Positions 45,789 through 56,700 of a DNA stretch of 64,000 bases are shown here, piece by piece (position 1 is the stretch's first letter; each line of letters opens with the position of its first letter). The DNA lies in the IMG/VR virus record IMGVR_UViG_3300049135_000064. One strand, written 5' to 3'. The notes under the pieces are model-generated. The model ran no database searches. It was not told the origin of the DNA and worked only from the letters and a program-made list of their open reading frames with translations. The position numbers were made by a program, and so were the translations under genes. The DNA is from an uncultured virus (IMG/VR IMGVR_UViG_3300049135_000064). Lineage: Duplodnaviria; Heunggongvirae; Uroviricota; Caudoviricetes.

Positions 45789-47477
45789 ATGGGAAAGTTT
45801 AAAGCCCCCAAGGACATTACTGCCCTCGATAACGAGGCTCTCGAAGCTTCCATCGCCGATGCACTCGAAGCCCATTCCGAGTACGCCGCTCTGGCAGATG
45901 ACGAAATCACGGACGAACAGCTCGCCGAGTTCGAGGCCATCGCCAACTTCCTCTCCGACGCCAACGCCGAGGTCGGCAACCGCGAGGCAGCCGCCGCCGA
46001 ACGCGCCGAGAAGCTGAACGCGCTGCGCGCCGTCGGCAAGAAGGACGAAGGCGAAGACGACGGCGAGGAGGAAATGTCCTCCGAGCCGGGCGAACCCGCA
46101 CCGGAGCCCGCGGCCGAGCCCGAGCCGGAGGAAGACGACGAGGAGGAGGACGAGCCCGCCCCTGCCGCGAAGCAGAAGCAGGCCGCATCCATCCGCCGCC
46201 CGTCGGCCTCACGCGCCGCCCGCCGCCAGAAGGCCCCGGAAGCACCGGCCCGCGAGAGCTTCAACCTCGTCGCCGCCGCCGACGTCCCCGGATTCGCCTC
46301 CGGCCACCAGTTCGAGACCCTCTCCGACGCGGGCAAGGCGATCATGAACCGCCTCCGCGCACTGCCCACCACGGGCAAGCAGGTGGTCCGCACCGGAGCC
46401 GTCGTGTTCCAGATGCCCAAGAGCCAGTTCTCCCAGGAGAACTACCGGGGCCGCGACAGCGAAATGCTGCTCGACGCCGCCAACGAACACCGGCTGCAGG
46501 GCGGAAACCTTGTCGCCGCCGGTGGCTGGGGAGCGCCGTCCGACACCATCCTCGACTTCTGCAAGGTCGAATCCACGCAGGGCCTGCTGGATTTGCCGGA
46601 GGTCACCATCACCCGCGGCGGTGTGAACTACACGAGGGGCCCCGTCTTCTCCGACGTGTTCAACTCCGCCACCGGTTTCTGGGACATGACGGAAGCCACC
46701 GCCGAGGCCGGGGTCGAGGAGAAGACCTCCTACCGTCCCGAGGTGCCGGACTTCATCGAGCGCCGCCTCGACGCCGTCGGCGTCATGATGGAGGCCGGTC
46801 TGCTGCTCCGCGCCGGATGGCCGGAACTGGTCGACCGCTACGCCGAGCTGGGCCTCGTCGCGCACCAGCACAAGCTGGCCCGCAAGCAGTTGAACGAGAT
46901 CCGCGCCTACACCGGCCCGGCCGTCGACGTTCCGAACGGCTTCGGCAACGCGCTGGACATCATCAACATCCTCGAAGTGGTTGCCACCGGCGAGCGTGAG
47001 CGCAACGTCATGTCGCTGGACGCCACGCTGGAGGTCCTGCTCCCGCACTGGGCCAAGCAGGTCATCCGCGTGGATCTGTCCAACCGCACCGGCGTGGACC
47101 TGATCGACATCAACGACGCCCGGATCAACGCGTTCTTCGCCACCCGCAACCTGCGGATCCAGTGGCTGTACGACTACCAGAACCTCACGGTGGGAGCCTC
47201 CGGCATCGTCACCGAGTACCCGGACACCATCGAGGCGATCATGTACCCGGCCGGCACCTACGTGCGCGGCGTCTCGGACGTGATCACGCTGGACACGGTC
47301 TACGACTCGGTCAACCTGAAGCGCAACGATTACGTGCACTTCTTCATTGAACAGGGCCTGACGGTGACCAACCCCTGCCACGACGGACGCCGGATCAGCG
47401 TCCCGCTGGCCATCACCGGCCGGACCGCCGCAGCCGACATCACCAGCGAGTTCCTCGAAGCGCCTGCCGCCCCGTAG
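45789..47477 (+). CDS. Major capsid protein (hexamer type) with N-terminal scaffold-like extension
   Basis: AAADVPGF...LVAAGGWGAPS...LDLPEV...RGG; AGGAG RBS; follows the protease. Confidence 0.85.
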   Translation: MGKFKAPKDITALDNEALEASIADALEAHSEYAALADDEITDEQLAEFEAIANFLSDANAEVGNREAAAAERAEKLNALRAVGKKDEGEDDGEEEMSSEPGEPAPEPAAEPEPEEDDEEEDEPAPAAKQKQAASIRRPSASRAARRQKAPEAPARESFNLVAAADVPGFASGHQFETLSDAGKAIMNRLRALPTTGKQVVRTGAVVFQMPKSQFSQENYRGRDSEMLLDAANEHRLQGGNLVAAGGWGAPSDTILDFCKVESTQGLLDLPEVTITRGGVNYTRGPVFSDVFNSATGFWDMTEATAEAGVEEKTSYRPEVPDFIERRLDAVGVMMEAGLLLRAGWPELVDRYAELGLVAHQHKLARKQLNEIRAYTGPAVDVPNGFGNALDIINILEVVATGERERNVMSLDATLEVLLPHWAKQVIRVDLSNRTGVDLIDINDARINAFFATRNLRIQWLYDYQNLTVGASGIVTEYPDTIEAIMYPAGTYVRGVSDVITLDTVYDSVNLKRNDYVHFFIEQGLTVTNPCHDGRRISVPLAITGRTAAADITSEFLEAPAAP

Positions 47478-47543
47478 CTGACATAAGGCCGGGCTGCTGT
47501 GGCCCAGTAGCCCGGCCCCCAACCCCACGGAAGGGGGTAGGCC

Positions 47544-48302
47544 ATGTACGCAATCGAAGCACCTGCCGACGTATCGGCGGCGCGCGGCGGTTTGCTCACG
47601 GTCGCCAATGTCATCGACGGCGGGGACACCCAGCTGTACTACCAGGGTCCGACCTACCAGGAGTCCGCGCTGACCGGCCACAACCGGCCGGTCCCGGCAC
47701 CGGGCACCGACAAGGAGTTCGATCAGGTCGGCATCACCGAGGGCATCACGTTCCAGGTCTACCGGGGCGTCGAGTATTCGATGTTCCAGCGGGCCGACGC
47801 CGAACCGACCGTGCGCGCCGCGTTCGGTGCCGGTGAGGACTGGGCGGTCGAGCGGGCCGTGCAGGAACAGCTGCTCAACAGCGAGGCCGCGGACATCACG
47901 CCCGTGGCCGGGACCCCGGTAACCAACGTCAAGCAGGCGCTCGGCCTGCTCCAGCAGTACGCGGCGGACCAGTATTCGGGCCTGCCGCTGCTGCACGCGA
48001 ACCGGTACGGCACCGAGGTGCTCTCCGGCCAGCTGGAGCTGGGCGAGAACTGGACGCTCACCACGAAGCAGGGCACCCCGATCGCCAACGGCGGCGGGTA
48101 CTCGGCAACGGGTCCGGGCGGGGCAGCGGCTCCGGACGGCGCGTTCTGGGTCTACGTCACCGGGCAGGTCAACATCTGGCGCGGCGCGCTGGAAGTCGTC
48201 CCCGCCCCGGCGCTGAGGGCGAACCGCGCACAGGCGCTGGCCGAGGCAACCTACGCGGCCAGCGTGGACTCATTCACTGCGGCGATCCTCGTCGGAATCT
48301 AA
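47544..48302 (+). CDS. Second capsid protein (probable pentamer/vertex protein)
   Basis: Follows the major capsid gene; T..GTP...GGGY...W.Y.TG.V.IWRG. Confidence 0.65.
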   Translation: MYAIEAPADVSAARGGLLTVANVIDGGDTQLYYQGPTYQESALTGHNRPVPAPGTDKEFDQVGITEGITFQVYRGVEYSMFQRADAEPTVRAAFGAGEDWAVERAVQEQLLNSEAADITPVAGTPVTNVKQALGLLQQYAADQYSGLPLLHANRYGTEVLSGQLELGENWTLTTKQGTPIANGGGYSATGPGGAAAPDGAFWVYVTGQVNIWRGALEVVPAPALRANRAQALAEATYAASVDSFTAAILVGI

Positions 48303-48312
48303 GGAGAAAGTC

Positions 48313-48744
48313 ATGAAGATGCATCTGAATGACGGGGAAGCCTACATCAAGGGCCGTTCCCCGGAGAAGGCGGCGCAGCTGATCCAGGCGGCGGAGGACG
48401 CCGGACTGGAAGGCAGCGTCCGCACCACGAGCTACGGCTACATCGTGCCGGAACAGCTGGCGGACCCGTCCGATACCACCACCACCACCACCGGACGCCC
48501 GCTGCGCAAGAGCGCGACCTATCTTGACGAGGCCGAGGCCATCGTCAACGACCGGCCGTCCGCGGACAGCCCGGCCACCGTAACCGAAAGCGCCGGGTTC
48601 GACCCGGCCGACCACACCGTCGACGAAGTCACCGACTACCTCGACACCGCCGACGCCGCCGAGATTGACCGCGTGAAAGAGGCGGAAAAGACCGGCAAGA
48701 ACCGCACCACCATCCTGAACTACACAGCCGAGGGAGCTAAGTAA
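48313..48744 (+). CDS. Head-associated protein
   Basis: C-terminal TVDEV..YL...E..GKNR.TIL helical module. Confidence 0.6.
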   Translation: MKMHLNDGEAYIKGRSPEKAAQLIQAAEDAGLEGSVRTTSYGYIVPEQLADPSDTTTTTTGRPLRKSATYLDEAEAIVNDRPSADSPATVTESAGFDPADHTVDEVTDYLDTADAAEIDRVKEAEKTGKNRTTILNYTAEGAK

Positions 48745-49664
48745 TGCAGTCACGTAAGGTCTCTTACCTCCGCGGCCGTCGGCTGCGGGCGACCCGTCTC
48801 GACATCAACGGACGTCCGATCTACGGCGACAACGCCGCCGTGGTCACCAAGGGTTTCATCACCTTCGGCATGACCACGAACATGGAGGAGGGCGAGGCGA
48901 TCACGGTCACCGACGCCAACGGTGACAGCTGCGTGAACGAAGCCGCCGTCCCCACCTTCACCGGCATCTCCGGCGAGGCCGAGTTCTGCGCCGTGGACTT
49001 CGCGCTGTTCGAGATGCTCACCGGCATGCCGGTGGTGCTCGACGAGAACGGCCGGGCCATCGGCATCACCGAAACCACCCGGATCAACCTCGCCGACATC
49101 AACGTGGCGCTGGAGCTGTGGCTGGGCGCGTCGAGCGACGACGCACCCTCGACCGGTTCCGAGGGCCAGTTCGGTTACATCCTGCTGCCGTTCGTCGGCG
49201 GCGGCGTGATCGGCGACATCACCATCGAGAACGCGGGCATCACGTTCACCATCTCCAACCTCTCGACGAAGAACGGCTCCAACTGGGGAGCCGGTCCGTA
49301 CAACGTCGAGCTGGTCGACGGTGCGCCTGCCCCGCTGTCCACCCCGATCCAGTCCGGCGACCACCGGCGCATCCAGCACGTCGAGGTTGCGCCTCCGACC
49401 GTGTACGCGGGCTCCATCCCGCTGCTCGACCCCACCGATCCGGCGCTGACCGGAGTCACCGCAACGGCCACCGGCCTGAGCGTGGCACTCGCCCCGCAGC
49501 CCGCCGGCACCGACCCCGTCTTCTACGACTTCGGGGACGGCAGCTGGGATCTGGCGGAAACCGGCAGCTACACCCACGTGTACTCGGCTGCCGGGACCTA
49601 CACGATCACCGCACGCCGGGGATCGAGCACGGTCACCACCACGGTCACGGTAACCGCGGCCTAA
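48744..49664 (+). CDS. Major tail protein with C-terminal PKD/Ig domain
   Basis: RLRATRLD..G...ALELW...GYILLPF...WGAGPYNV; YDFGDG...THVY..AGTYT. Confidence 0.85.
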   Translation: MQSRKVSYLRGRRLRATRLDINGRPIYGDNAAVVTKGFITFGMTTNMEEGEAITVTDANGDSCVNEAAVPTFTGISGEAEFCAVDFALFEMLTGMPVVLDENGRAIGITETTRINLADINVALELWLGASSDDAPSTGSEGQFGYILLPFVGGGVIGDITIENAGITFTISNLSTKNGSNWGAGPYNVELVDGAPAPLSTPIQSGDHRRIQHVEVAPPTVYAGSIPLLDPTDPALTGVTATATGLSVALAPQPAGTDPVFYDFGDGSWDLAETGSYTHVYSAAGTYTITARRGSSTVTTTVTVTAA

Positions 49665-49668
49665 GAAC

Positions 49669-49718
49669 GGCCGGGGGGTGCGCCCAATGTCCCTTGCTGC
49701 GCACCCCCCGGCCCCTTT
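49669..49718 (+). terminator. Rho-independent terminator
   Basis: GGCCGGGGGGTGCGC...GCGCACCCCCCGGCC followed by CCTTT. Confidence 0.65.
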
Positions 49719-49732
49719 GCGAGGAGACACGC

Positions 49733-49882
49733 ATGGTCCGAATCCCAGGCATGGTCCCGCCGCGGACACTGCCGCCGCAACCCGAGCACGACGACCACTA
49801 CCTGCCCGACGACGTCTGGGGGCAGGTCCTCCGCGACGCAAAGCGCATCCGCGAGGAGTCCGACGAAAGCGAGACGCTCTGA
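49733..49882 (+). CDS. Small hypothetical protein
   Basis: GAGGAG RBS; TGATG coupling to the endolysin. Confidence 0.55.
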   Translation: MVRIPGMVPPRTLPPQPEHDDHYLPDDVWGQVLRDAKRIREESDESETL

Positions 49883-50769
49883 TGGTCTCCCCCGTCATCA
49901 ACCTGCCCTCCCTCAAGCACTCCGGGGTATCCGGGCTGGATACCCAGCTGTTCTGCCAGCACTCCGGGGAAACCCCGCTGCGCGGCGGGTTCGCGGAATC
50001 GCTGACCCGGGCGAACAACGCCGACCCGAAATGGCAGGCCAGCTGGCCCTCGTTCGTGGACCCGATCGCGCGGGTCCGGCAGGTCGCATGGCCGAACTCC
50101 GCGTGGACGCAGGGCATCGCCAACGCGATCGCCGTCGGGCTGGAGTGTGCCGGGTACGCCCGGTTCTCCAAGGCTGACTGGCTCACCCCGGAGGGCCTGA
50201 AACAGCTGGAGAACCTCGCCCACGAGTGGGTCTACTACTGGCGGCTGGAGGAGGAGGTGGGGAACATCATCCCGCTGCGCTGGCTGACCACCGCCGAGGT
50301 GCAGAAGGTGCTGGCGGGCAACCGTTCCATCAAGGGCTTCTGTACCCATGCGCAGATCGACCCAAACAGCCGGACCGATCCCGGCCCCAACTTCCCGTAC
50401 GACCGGCTGCTCCAGCGCATCGGCGAAATTCTCGGCGGCAAGGTCACCCCGGCAACAGCAAAGGACGAACTGGACATGGCAGGCGAAAAAGAGTTCAAGC
50501 AGTGGGTCCGCGAAGTCCTCAAGGAGGACGTCAACGGCGACTGGGACTACAACCGCAAGGGCGACAAGCAGGACGCGTCCGCGAAGCTGCACGAGACGCA
50601 GATGAACGTTCGCAAGCTGCTCAGCCTCGTCACGGCGCAGCAGGCGGCGCTCAAGGCGCTGGCCACCGATAAGAACGTCGACGCGTCCGTGCTGCAGAAA
50701 GCCATCGACGACGCGGTCTCCGATCTGCGGATCGTGCTGGTCGCCCAGTCGGACCCCGGGGCGCAGTAG
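49882..50769 (+). CDS. Endolysin, N-acetylmuramoyl-L-alanine amidase type
   Basis: QHS.E...AW...N...VGLE...GFCTHAQI...RTDPGPNFP. Confidence 0.8.
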   Translation: MVSPVINLPSLKHSGVSGLDTQLFCQHSGETPLRGGFAESLTRANNADPKWQASWPSFVDPIARVRQVAWPNSAWTQGIANAIAVGLECAGYARFSKADWLTPEGLKQLENLAHEWVYYWRLEEEVGNIIPLRWLTTAEVQKVLAGNRSIKGFCTHAQIDPNSRTDPGPNFPYDRLLQRIGEILGGKVTPATAKDELDMAGEKEFKQWVREVLKEDVNGDWDYNRKGDKQDASAKLHETQMNVRKLLSLVTAQQAALKALATDKNVDASVLQKAIDDAVSDLRIVLVAQSDPGAQ

Positions 50770-50771
50770 CC

Positions 50772-51047
50772 GTGCCCCTGTTCAAGCACAGGGAGCCGAC
50801 CGGGAAGTGGTGGATCGACCACTCCCTCTCCCTGGTGATCGGCGCGATCCTCGCGCTCCAGCTCACCGTGTCCGTGTTCACGGGCATCCGCGTCTGGGTC
50901 GCCGAGGGCAGCCAGGGCAGCTTCTGGACGTGGTGGTTCCACGAAATCAACCTCTCCACTCTCGCCGATACCTTCGGCGTCCTGCTGATCGTGCTCCTGT
51001 CCAAGTGGCTGTACGAGCGCGGCAGCAACGAATCGAAAGGTGAATGA
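50772..51047 (+). CDS. Membrane protein (holin candidate)
   Basis: Two TM helices; HSLSL...L.ERGS.ESK; next to the lysin. Confidence 0.6.
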   Translation: MPLFKHREPTGKWWIDHSLSLVIGAILALQLTVSVFTGIRVWVAEGSQGSFWTWWFHEINLSTLADTFGVLLIVLLSKWLYERGSNESKGE

Positions 51048-51048
51048 C

Positions 51049-51411
51049 ATGACCTACAACGCGATCGCCGACATGGCACGCAACGAATCCCTGCAGCTGC
51101 GGCTCACCGCCTCCGCCGCGCAGGAAGGCCTCTACAACCCGATGATGTGGGTCGGCCAGTACGTCTGGAACCTCGTCGCGCAGCCGGGCTGGCCGGAGGC
51201 GTTCGCCTACGCGCAGGCCACCCGCGACCCGGAGGACGTCGGCTGGGTCGACCCGGGCCGGGACGAGGGCGTGATCACGGACAGCATGATCCTCTCCGCC
51301 GTGCAGGCGCTGCTGATCGCCACCACCGCCGCGCCCGCGGAGGGCCCGGAGGCTCCGGTGCCGGCCGAGACGGAGCCGACCATGACCGACCAGCCGGACC
51401 CGACGGCCTGA
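51049..51411 (+). CDS. Hypothetical virion-region protein
   Basis: RLTASAAQEG...PGW..A...DPG.D..VITD.MILSAVQ. Confidence 0.65.
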   Translation: MTYNAIADMARNESLQLRLTASAAQEGLYNPMMWVGQYVWNLVAQPGWPEAFAYAQATRDPEDVGWVDPGRDEGVITDSMILSAVQALLIATTAAPAEGPEAPVPAETEPTMTDQPDPTA

Positions 51412-51413
51412 TC

Positions 51414-52139
51414 ATGGCCACCGCGATCTGGCCCATCGACTGGCCGACCGGAGCCACGGAGGGGGCGGACCCCGAGCGGGTGGCGCTGGCCGAGCGGTTC
51501 GCCGCGTCGGTGCTGCGCTTCCTCACGCTGGGCCGGGTCGGCGGGCTGCCGATCACCGTAATGCCGTGCGGGCGCGGCTGCCGCCACCCGTTCGACTCCG
51601 GCGCGGTGTTCCACCCGGTGCTGCTGGAATCCGGCGCGTACGCGAACTGCTGGTGCCGGGGCGGCTGCTCCTGCAAACCGGTCGAGCACGTGCTGCTGGC
51701 CGCGCCGGTGGGCCGGATCGACCAGGTTCTGCTGGACGGGACAATCCTGGATCCGTCCAGCTACCGGGTGGAGGACGGCAACAAGCTGGTCCGCACCGAC
51801 GGCGGGAGCTGGCCCAGCTGCGCCGGGGACAAGTTCACGGTCACCTACCTCAACGGCTACCCGGTGGACGCGGTCGGCGCGTACGCCGGCGGAGTCCTGG
51901 CCGCGGAATATTTGAAGGCGCTGGCCGGGGACAAGAAGTGCCGGCTGCCCTCCAACATCACCTCCGTGGCGCGGCAGGGCATCAGCTACGAGGTCGCCAA
52001 GGGCATGTTCCCCGACGGGATGACCGGTCTGCGCGAGGTCGACACCTACATCATGCAGTGGAATCCGCACGGCATGCGGACCGCCCCGGCGGTCTACTCC
52101 ATCGACGCTCCGAAACAGAGGCAGGTCACATGGCCGTGA
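51414..52139 (+). CDS. Head-to-tail adaptor
   Basis: LVRTDG..WP.C...VTY..G...CRLP...VARQGIS...TGL.EVD. Confidence 0.75.
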   Translation: MATAIWPIDWPTGATEGADPERVALAERFAASVLRFLTLGRVGGLPITVMPCGRGCRHPFDSGAVFHPVLLESGAYANCWCRGGCSCKPVEHVLLAAPVGRIDQVLLDGTILDPSSYRVEDGNKLVRTDGGSWPSCAGDKFTVTYLNGYPVDAVGAYAGGVLAAEYLKALAGDKKCRLPSNITSVARQGISYEVAKGMFPDGMTGLREVDTYIMQWNPHGMRTAPAVYSIDAPKQRQVTWP

Positions 52140-52630
52140 GGGAACCGCAGGTGATGGCCGACGTCCTGCTCGCCGCGCTGGTGGTGCAGCTGCGCGAGGA
52201 CGGGCTGGACGCGGACCTGTGCGCGAAGGCCATCTATCCGGGTGCGCTCGTGCCGCTGGACTACGGGCTGGAGAGCTGCGGCGGGCAGGCGTTCGTCCGG
52301 CTCACCGGCGCGGTGCCGACGACGACGTTCCCCAACCCCGACGCGTCGCCGATGTCCTGCCTCACCACGCTGGCCTACACGTTCGAGCTGGGGGTGTCCC
52401 GGCCCTCGACGTACCTGGACTTTGTCGCGGGCGAGGCGAACCTGCCCGACGACGAGGAGCAGATCGCATCCGCGCACGCCCAGTACGCGGACATGATGGC
52501 GGTCCGCGCCGCGGTGAAGCGGGTCCGCGATGACGTCGACCTCGTGGTGCTGGGCGCGTACACCCCGTTCGGCCCGGACGGCGGCACCGTCGGCGGGTAC
52601 TGGACCGTGCAGGTCGGGATGGAGGCGTAA
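52130..52630 (+). CDS. Tail terminator / completion protein
   Basis: Synteny; GP.GG.VGG.W.V motif. Confidence 0.6.
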   Translation: MAVREPQVMADVLLAALVVQLREDGLDADLCAKAIYPGALVPLDYGLESCGGQAFVRLTGAVPTTTFPNPDASPMSCLTTLAYTFELGVSRPSTYLDFVAGEANLPDDEEQIASAHAQYADMMAVRAAVKRVRDDVDLVVLGAYTPFGPDGGTVGGYWTVQVGMEA

Positions 52631-53103
52631 TGGCGGGTTACCGGCCGGTCTTCGTCCGGGTCGACGAGAAGGGCGTGCAGCGGTTCATCTCCCCCGGCGG
52701 CGACGTGTGGGACCTGATCGACGACATCGCGGTGAGGACCGCGCAGAACGCGGTGGCCATCCTCATCCTCGGCGGGCACGTCCGCAAGGGCCACGCCGGT
52801 GGCCTGATCGGAAACATCACGGCGAACAACCCGAAACGGACCGCGCCGTTCGGGATACAGGCCGCGGTGTGGGCCAACGTCCGCCACGCCGTCATCGTCC
52901 ACGAGGGCAGCAAGGCGCAAATCACCGCTGGCGGAAAGTTTATGCCGGTTCCCACGAACCGCAGGGCCATTCACCGGGGGTCTGTGCTGGCTGCAGCCGG
53001 TGATAGGGGCGCTTACGGGCTGCATAAACGGGTTAGCGGACAGAGAGCCATCAAGTATCTGGACAAGGGACTCGGACTAGCCATGGCCTCCAAACGCTTC
53101 TAG
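52630..53103 (+). CDS. HK97 gp10-like neck/tail protein
   Basis: HA..VHEG...V.GQRA..YL; synteny. Confidence 0.55.
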   Translation: MAGYRPVFVRVDEKGVQRFISPGGDVWDLIDDIAVRTAQNAVAILILGGHVRKGHAGGLIGNITANNPKRTAPFGIQAAVWANVRHAVIVHEGSKAQITAGGKFMPVPTNRRAIHRGSVLAAAGDRGAYGLHKRVSGQRAIKYLDKGLGLAMASKRF

Positions 53104-53170
53104 GCAGCTAATCTGGGATAACGGGCCGGGTATCCGGTTTATGGAGACGACAATCTAGGAGACTGAACAC

Positions 53171-53617
53171 ATGAAGGAATTTGTAACAGCCGCCAAGGAT
53201 GGTTTCGGTGAAGTCGACGATGAAGATGCCATTGTCTTCAAGCACGACGACCGCGAAGTCACGTTTTTCAAGCCGGCCACCGGGCAGATGGCAATCATGA
53301 TGGCGATGGCGGGCCGGGACATGGGGAGCAAGGAGGCCGGACAGTTCATCAACCTGTTCTTCTCCCTGATGGACGACGACACCAGCCGCTACTTCGAGTC
53401 ACGGCTCATGGACCGCAAGGACCCGTTCGACCTGGACTCCGAGGGCGGCATCTTCGACATCTGGTACGAGCTGGGCGAGGAGTGGTCCGCCCGCCCTACG
53501 AAAAAGCCTGCCGACTATCAGCCACCGCGGCGGGCAACTGGGAAGCCATCGACGGCACCTACACGGGCCAAGGCGTCGACCTCCTCAAAGCGCCGTTCGA
53601 CCGCTTCCTCTCAGTAG
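53171..53617 (+). CDS. Tail assembly chaperone
   Basis: Upstream of the tape measure gene; overlapping -1 frame extension. Confidence 0.8.
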   Translation: MKEFVTAAKDGFGEVDDEDAIVFKHDDREVTFFKPATGQMAIMMAMAGRDMGSKEAGQFINLFFSLMDDDTSRYFESRLMDRKDPFDLDSEGGIFDIWYELGEEWSARPTKKPADYQPPRRATGKPSTAPTRAKASTSSKRRSTASSQ

Positions 53618-53754
53618 TCCACCGGTGGGGGATGGAGCACCAGAGCGAGGAGGACGCCCGGAAGTGGGACGCCGGACTGGACGCCCCGCTGCCGCACCTG
53701 AACCGACGCATTGATCCGCAGAAGGAACTGGACCAGCTGACCGGCTTGGTCTGA
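53494..53754 (+). CDS. Tail assembly chaperone, frameshift extension (-1 frame)
   Basis: Open -1 frame PYEKACRL...WEAIDG... with no RBS, ending just before the tape measure gene. Confidence 0.6.
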   Translation, partial: PYEKACRLSATAAGNWEAIDGTYTGQGVDLLKAPFDRFLSVVHRWGMEHQSEEDARKWDAGLDAPLPHLNRRIDPQKELDQLTGLV

Positions 53755-53788
53755 ACGGGATGTACATACATCCGGAAGGGAGGCCGCC

Positions 53789-56700
53789 ATGGCCACCAAG
53801 GTGGGCGACGCCTACATCGAGGTCCATGGCGATCTTTCCCGTTTCCGGAAGGACCTGAACAAGGCCGCGAAGGCCGGGCGCGAGGCGGGCGCGGAGTCCG
53901 CCGAAAGCTTCTGGGACGGCTGGAACCGGCGCTCCGAGAAGGAGTGGACCGACCAGTGGCAGGGCCTGCTCGACGCCATGTACTCGGGCAAAAAGGTCGA
54001 CTGGGAGAAGGCGCTGGGCAGGCTCGATTCCGACGACCTCGACGCCGCGCGGAACAAGATGTACGACCTCGTCGAGGAAGCGGAGAACTTCAACAAGGTC
54101 ACGGACGAGGGCGAAAAGGAAGACCAGGAGCGGTACGGCAAGCTGATCGACGCGATCGACGCGGCCGTCGACTCCGTCAAGAAGCAGCGCAAGATCGAGG
54201 GCCAGCTCGCCGCGGACCGCAAGATGTGGGAGCGGGCCCACCTGACCATGATGGCCAACAAGGCCGCGTTCGAGGACGACTTCAACCGGGACTACGCGGC
54301 AGCGGTCCGGGAGAACATGCGGTTCGACAAGAACGCCGCGGCCGAGCGCGTCCGGCTGGCGAAGGAGGCAGCGCAGGCGGAAGTCGACCGGCTGGCCAAG
54401 GTCAAGGCCGCGATGGAGACGTACAAGCGCAGCTGGGTCGGCATGATCAAGGCCTCCAAGGAAGCCCGGATCGAGAAGGACATCCAGAAGATCGTCGACG
54501 CATGGGAACGCGCCGACTGGTCCGGCATGACCAAGGGCGCCAAGGACCTCGACGTGCTCGGGGCCCGGGTGCGCAACACCATCAAGACCATGGAGGACAT
54601 GGGCCGGGTCTCCACCGAGACGGCGGAGCAGATCCGCAAGTCCATCTCCCACCACCTCAACGACGAGGAAAACCGCCGGCTGGCGATCATCAAGACAAAG
54701 GAGGAGGCCGAGCGGTACAAGAAGTCACTGGTCGGCCTCTCCGACGCCCACAAGGATGCCACCACCGTCAAGGAGTGGAAGGCCCTCGCCGCGGCGATCG
54801 GCTCCATGGACTTCTCCAAGATTGCCAAGGGGCACAAAAACTGGAAATCGCTCGAGGACCAGATCCGCAAGACCGCCGCCGCCGCGGAGCAGATGGGCAT
54901 CGCCACCAAGGCGGACCTGGACACCATCTCCGTCCACACGCAGCGCGCGAAGAACAACATGCGCCAGTTCAACGTCGAGCTGAGCAACGGCTTCAAGCTG
55001 GCGAACCCGCTCAAGGGCATCTTCGAGAAGATGTCGACGTCGTGGGCCCGGATGGACGACACCGTGCGGACCGTGCTCACCCTGATCGCCACGGGTGCCG
55101 GGCCGATGGCCACGCTCGGCTCCGGGCTCGCCGGGTCCGTCACCGCCATCGCGTCCTCGATCGGCATGGCCGCCGCCGCGCTGATCCCGCTGGCCACCGG
55201 CGTGGTCGGCCTCGGTGCCGCAGCCGGGCTGGCCGTCACCAGCTGGGACGAGGTGGTCAAGCACCTGCCCCGGATCAACACCTCCCTCAAGGACATCGGG
55301 GCGACGTGGACCGAGCAGGCGTCCATCTTCGGCCGCGAATGGCGCGAGACCATCGACGAGCTGCTGCACGAGTTCTCCACCGGCTTCGCCAAGTACGACT
55401 TCGGCGAACCGTTCGGCATCGCCGCCGCCGAAATCACCAATGCCTTTCGCGGCATCGTCACGGGCGGTCCGTTCGCGGCCTTCATGGAGCAGATGGAGAC
55501 CAACATCCCCACCGCCACCGCCGGGCTCGGCGTCGGCTTCGCCGGGGTTTTCTCCACGCTTATCTCGCTGCTGGCCGGTGCCGCCCCGGTCGCGGCGGAG
55601 CTGGGCACCATGTTCGGCGAGTGGGGCACCAAGCTGGCCGAGGCCACCGAAAAGGCCCGGGAGACCGGCGTCCTGCAGACGGTGTTCGAGAAGGCCCGCG
55701 ACTCCCTGGTCGCCGTCCTCGACCTCGCCGGGTCGATCGGCAACGCGCTGGGCACGCTGTTCATGCTCGGGGCCGACTCCGGAAACCGGATGCTCGGCGT
55801 CCTGACCGGCCTCGTCGACAAGTTCAACGCGTGGATGCAGTCCGAAGCCGGGCGGGCGACGATGCTCGAATGGTTCCAGAACGCCGAGACCATCATGGGC
55901 GCGCTCGGCCCGGTGATCGGCTCCGTCGCCACCGCGCTGGCCGGGCTGGTCACCCCGGAATCCATCACCCAGTTCTCCGACCTGATGACCGGCGTCTCCG
56001 AGTTCATCCCGATCCTCGGGGAGCTGCTGGGGGCAATCTCCGCGCTGGGCATCTTCAACACCCTGGCCGCGCTGCTGAACACCGTGGGCGCGGCGCTGGA
56101 GCCGCTGCTGCCGCCGCTCAAGACGCTGCTCACCGCGCTCGGCGAAGGCATGCGCGGGGCCATCACGGCGCTGTCGCCGCTGTTCGCATCCATCGGCGCG
56201 GCACTGGCCCCGGTCATCCAGCATTTCGCCGAAATCGCGCAGCGCGTCGGGCCCAAGGTGGTCGAGCTGTTCGGCAAGGTCTCCGAAGCCCTCTCCCCCG
56301 TCATCGACGTGGTCGGGCAGGTGGCCGGCGCACTGCTGGGCTTCATCGGCCCGATCCTGGGCGACCTGCTGATCGGCATCATCGAGGCCGCCATCGACGT
56401 CATCGACGGGCTGATCGGCATCTTCAAGGGGCTCGGCGACATCGTGGCCGGTGTCGTGCAGATTTTCCAGGGCGATTTCGCCGGGGGCATGGCGACCGTC
56501 TGGGACGGCGTGGTGCAGGTCTTCACCGGCGCGGTGACGGCGCTGTGGGGCATCGTCCGGCTGTGGGTGGTCGGCAAGCTGATCGGCGGGCTCAAGGCCG
56601 CGTTCTCCGGGCTCGGCGGCTGGCTCGGCGGGATCGCCAAGAACCTGTGGACCGGCTTCATCAACGGCATCAAGTCCGGGTGGGCCGTCATCACCGCCGC

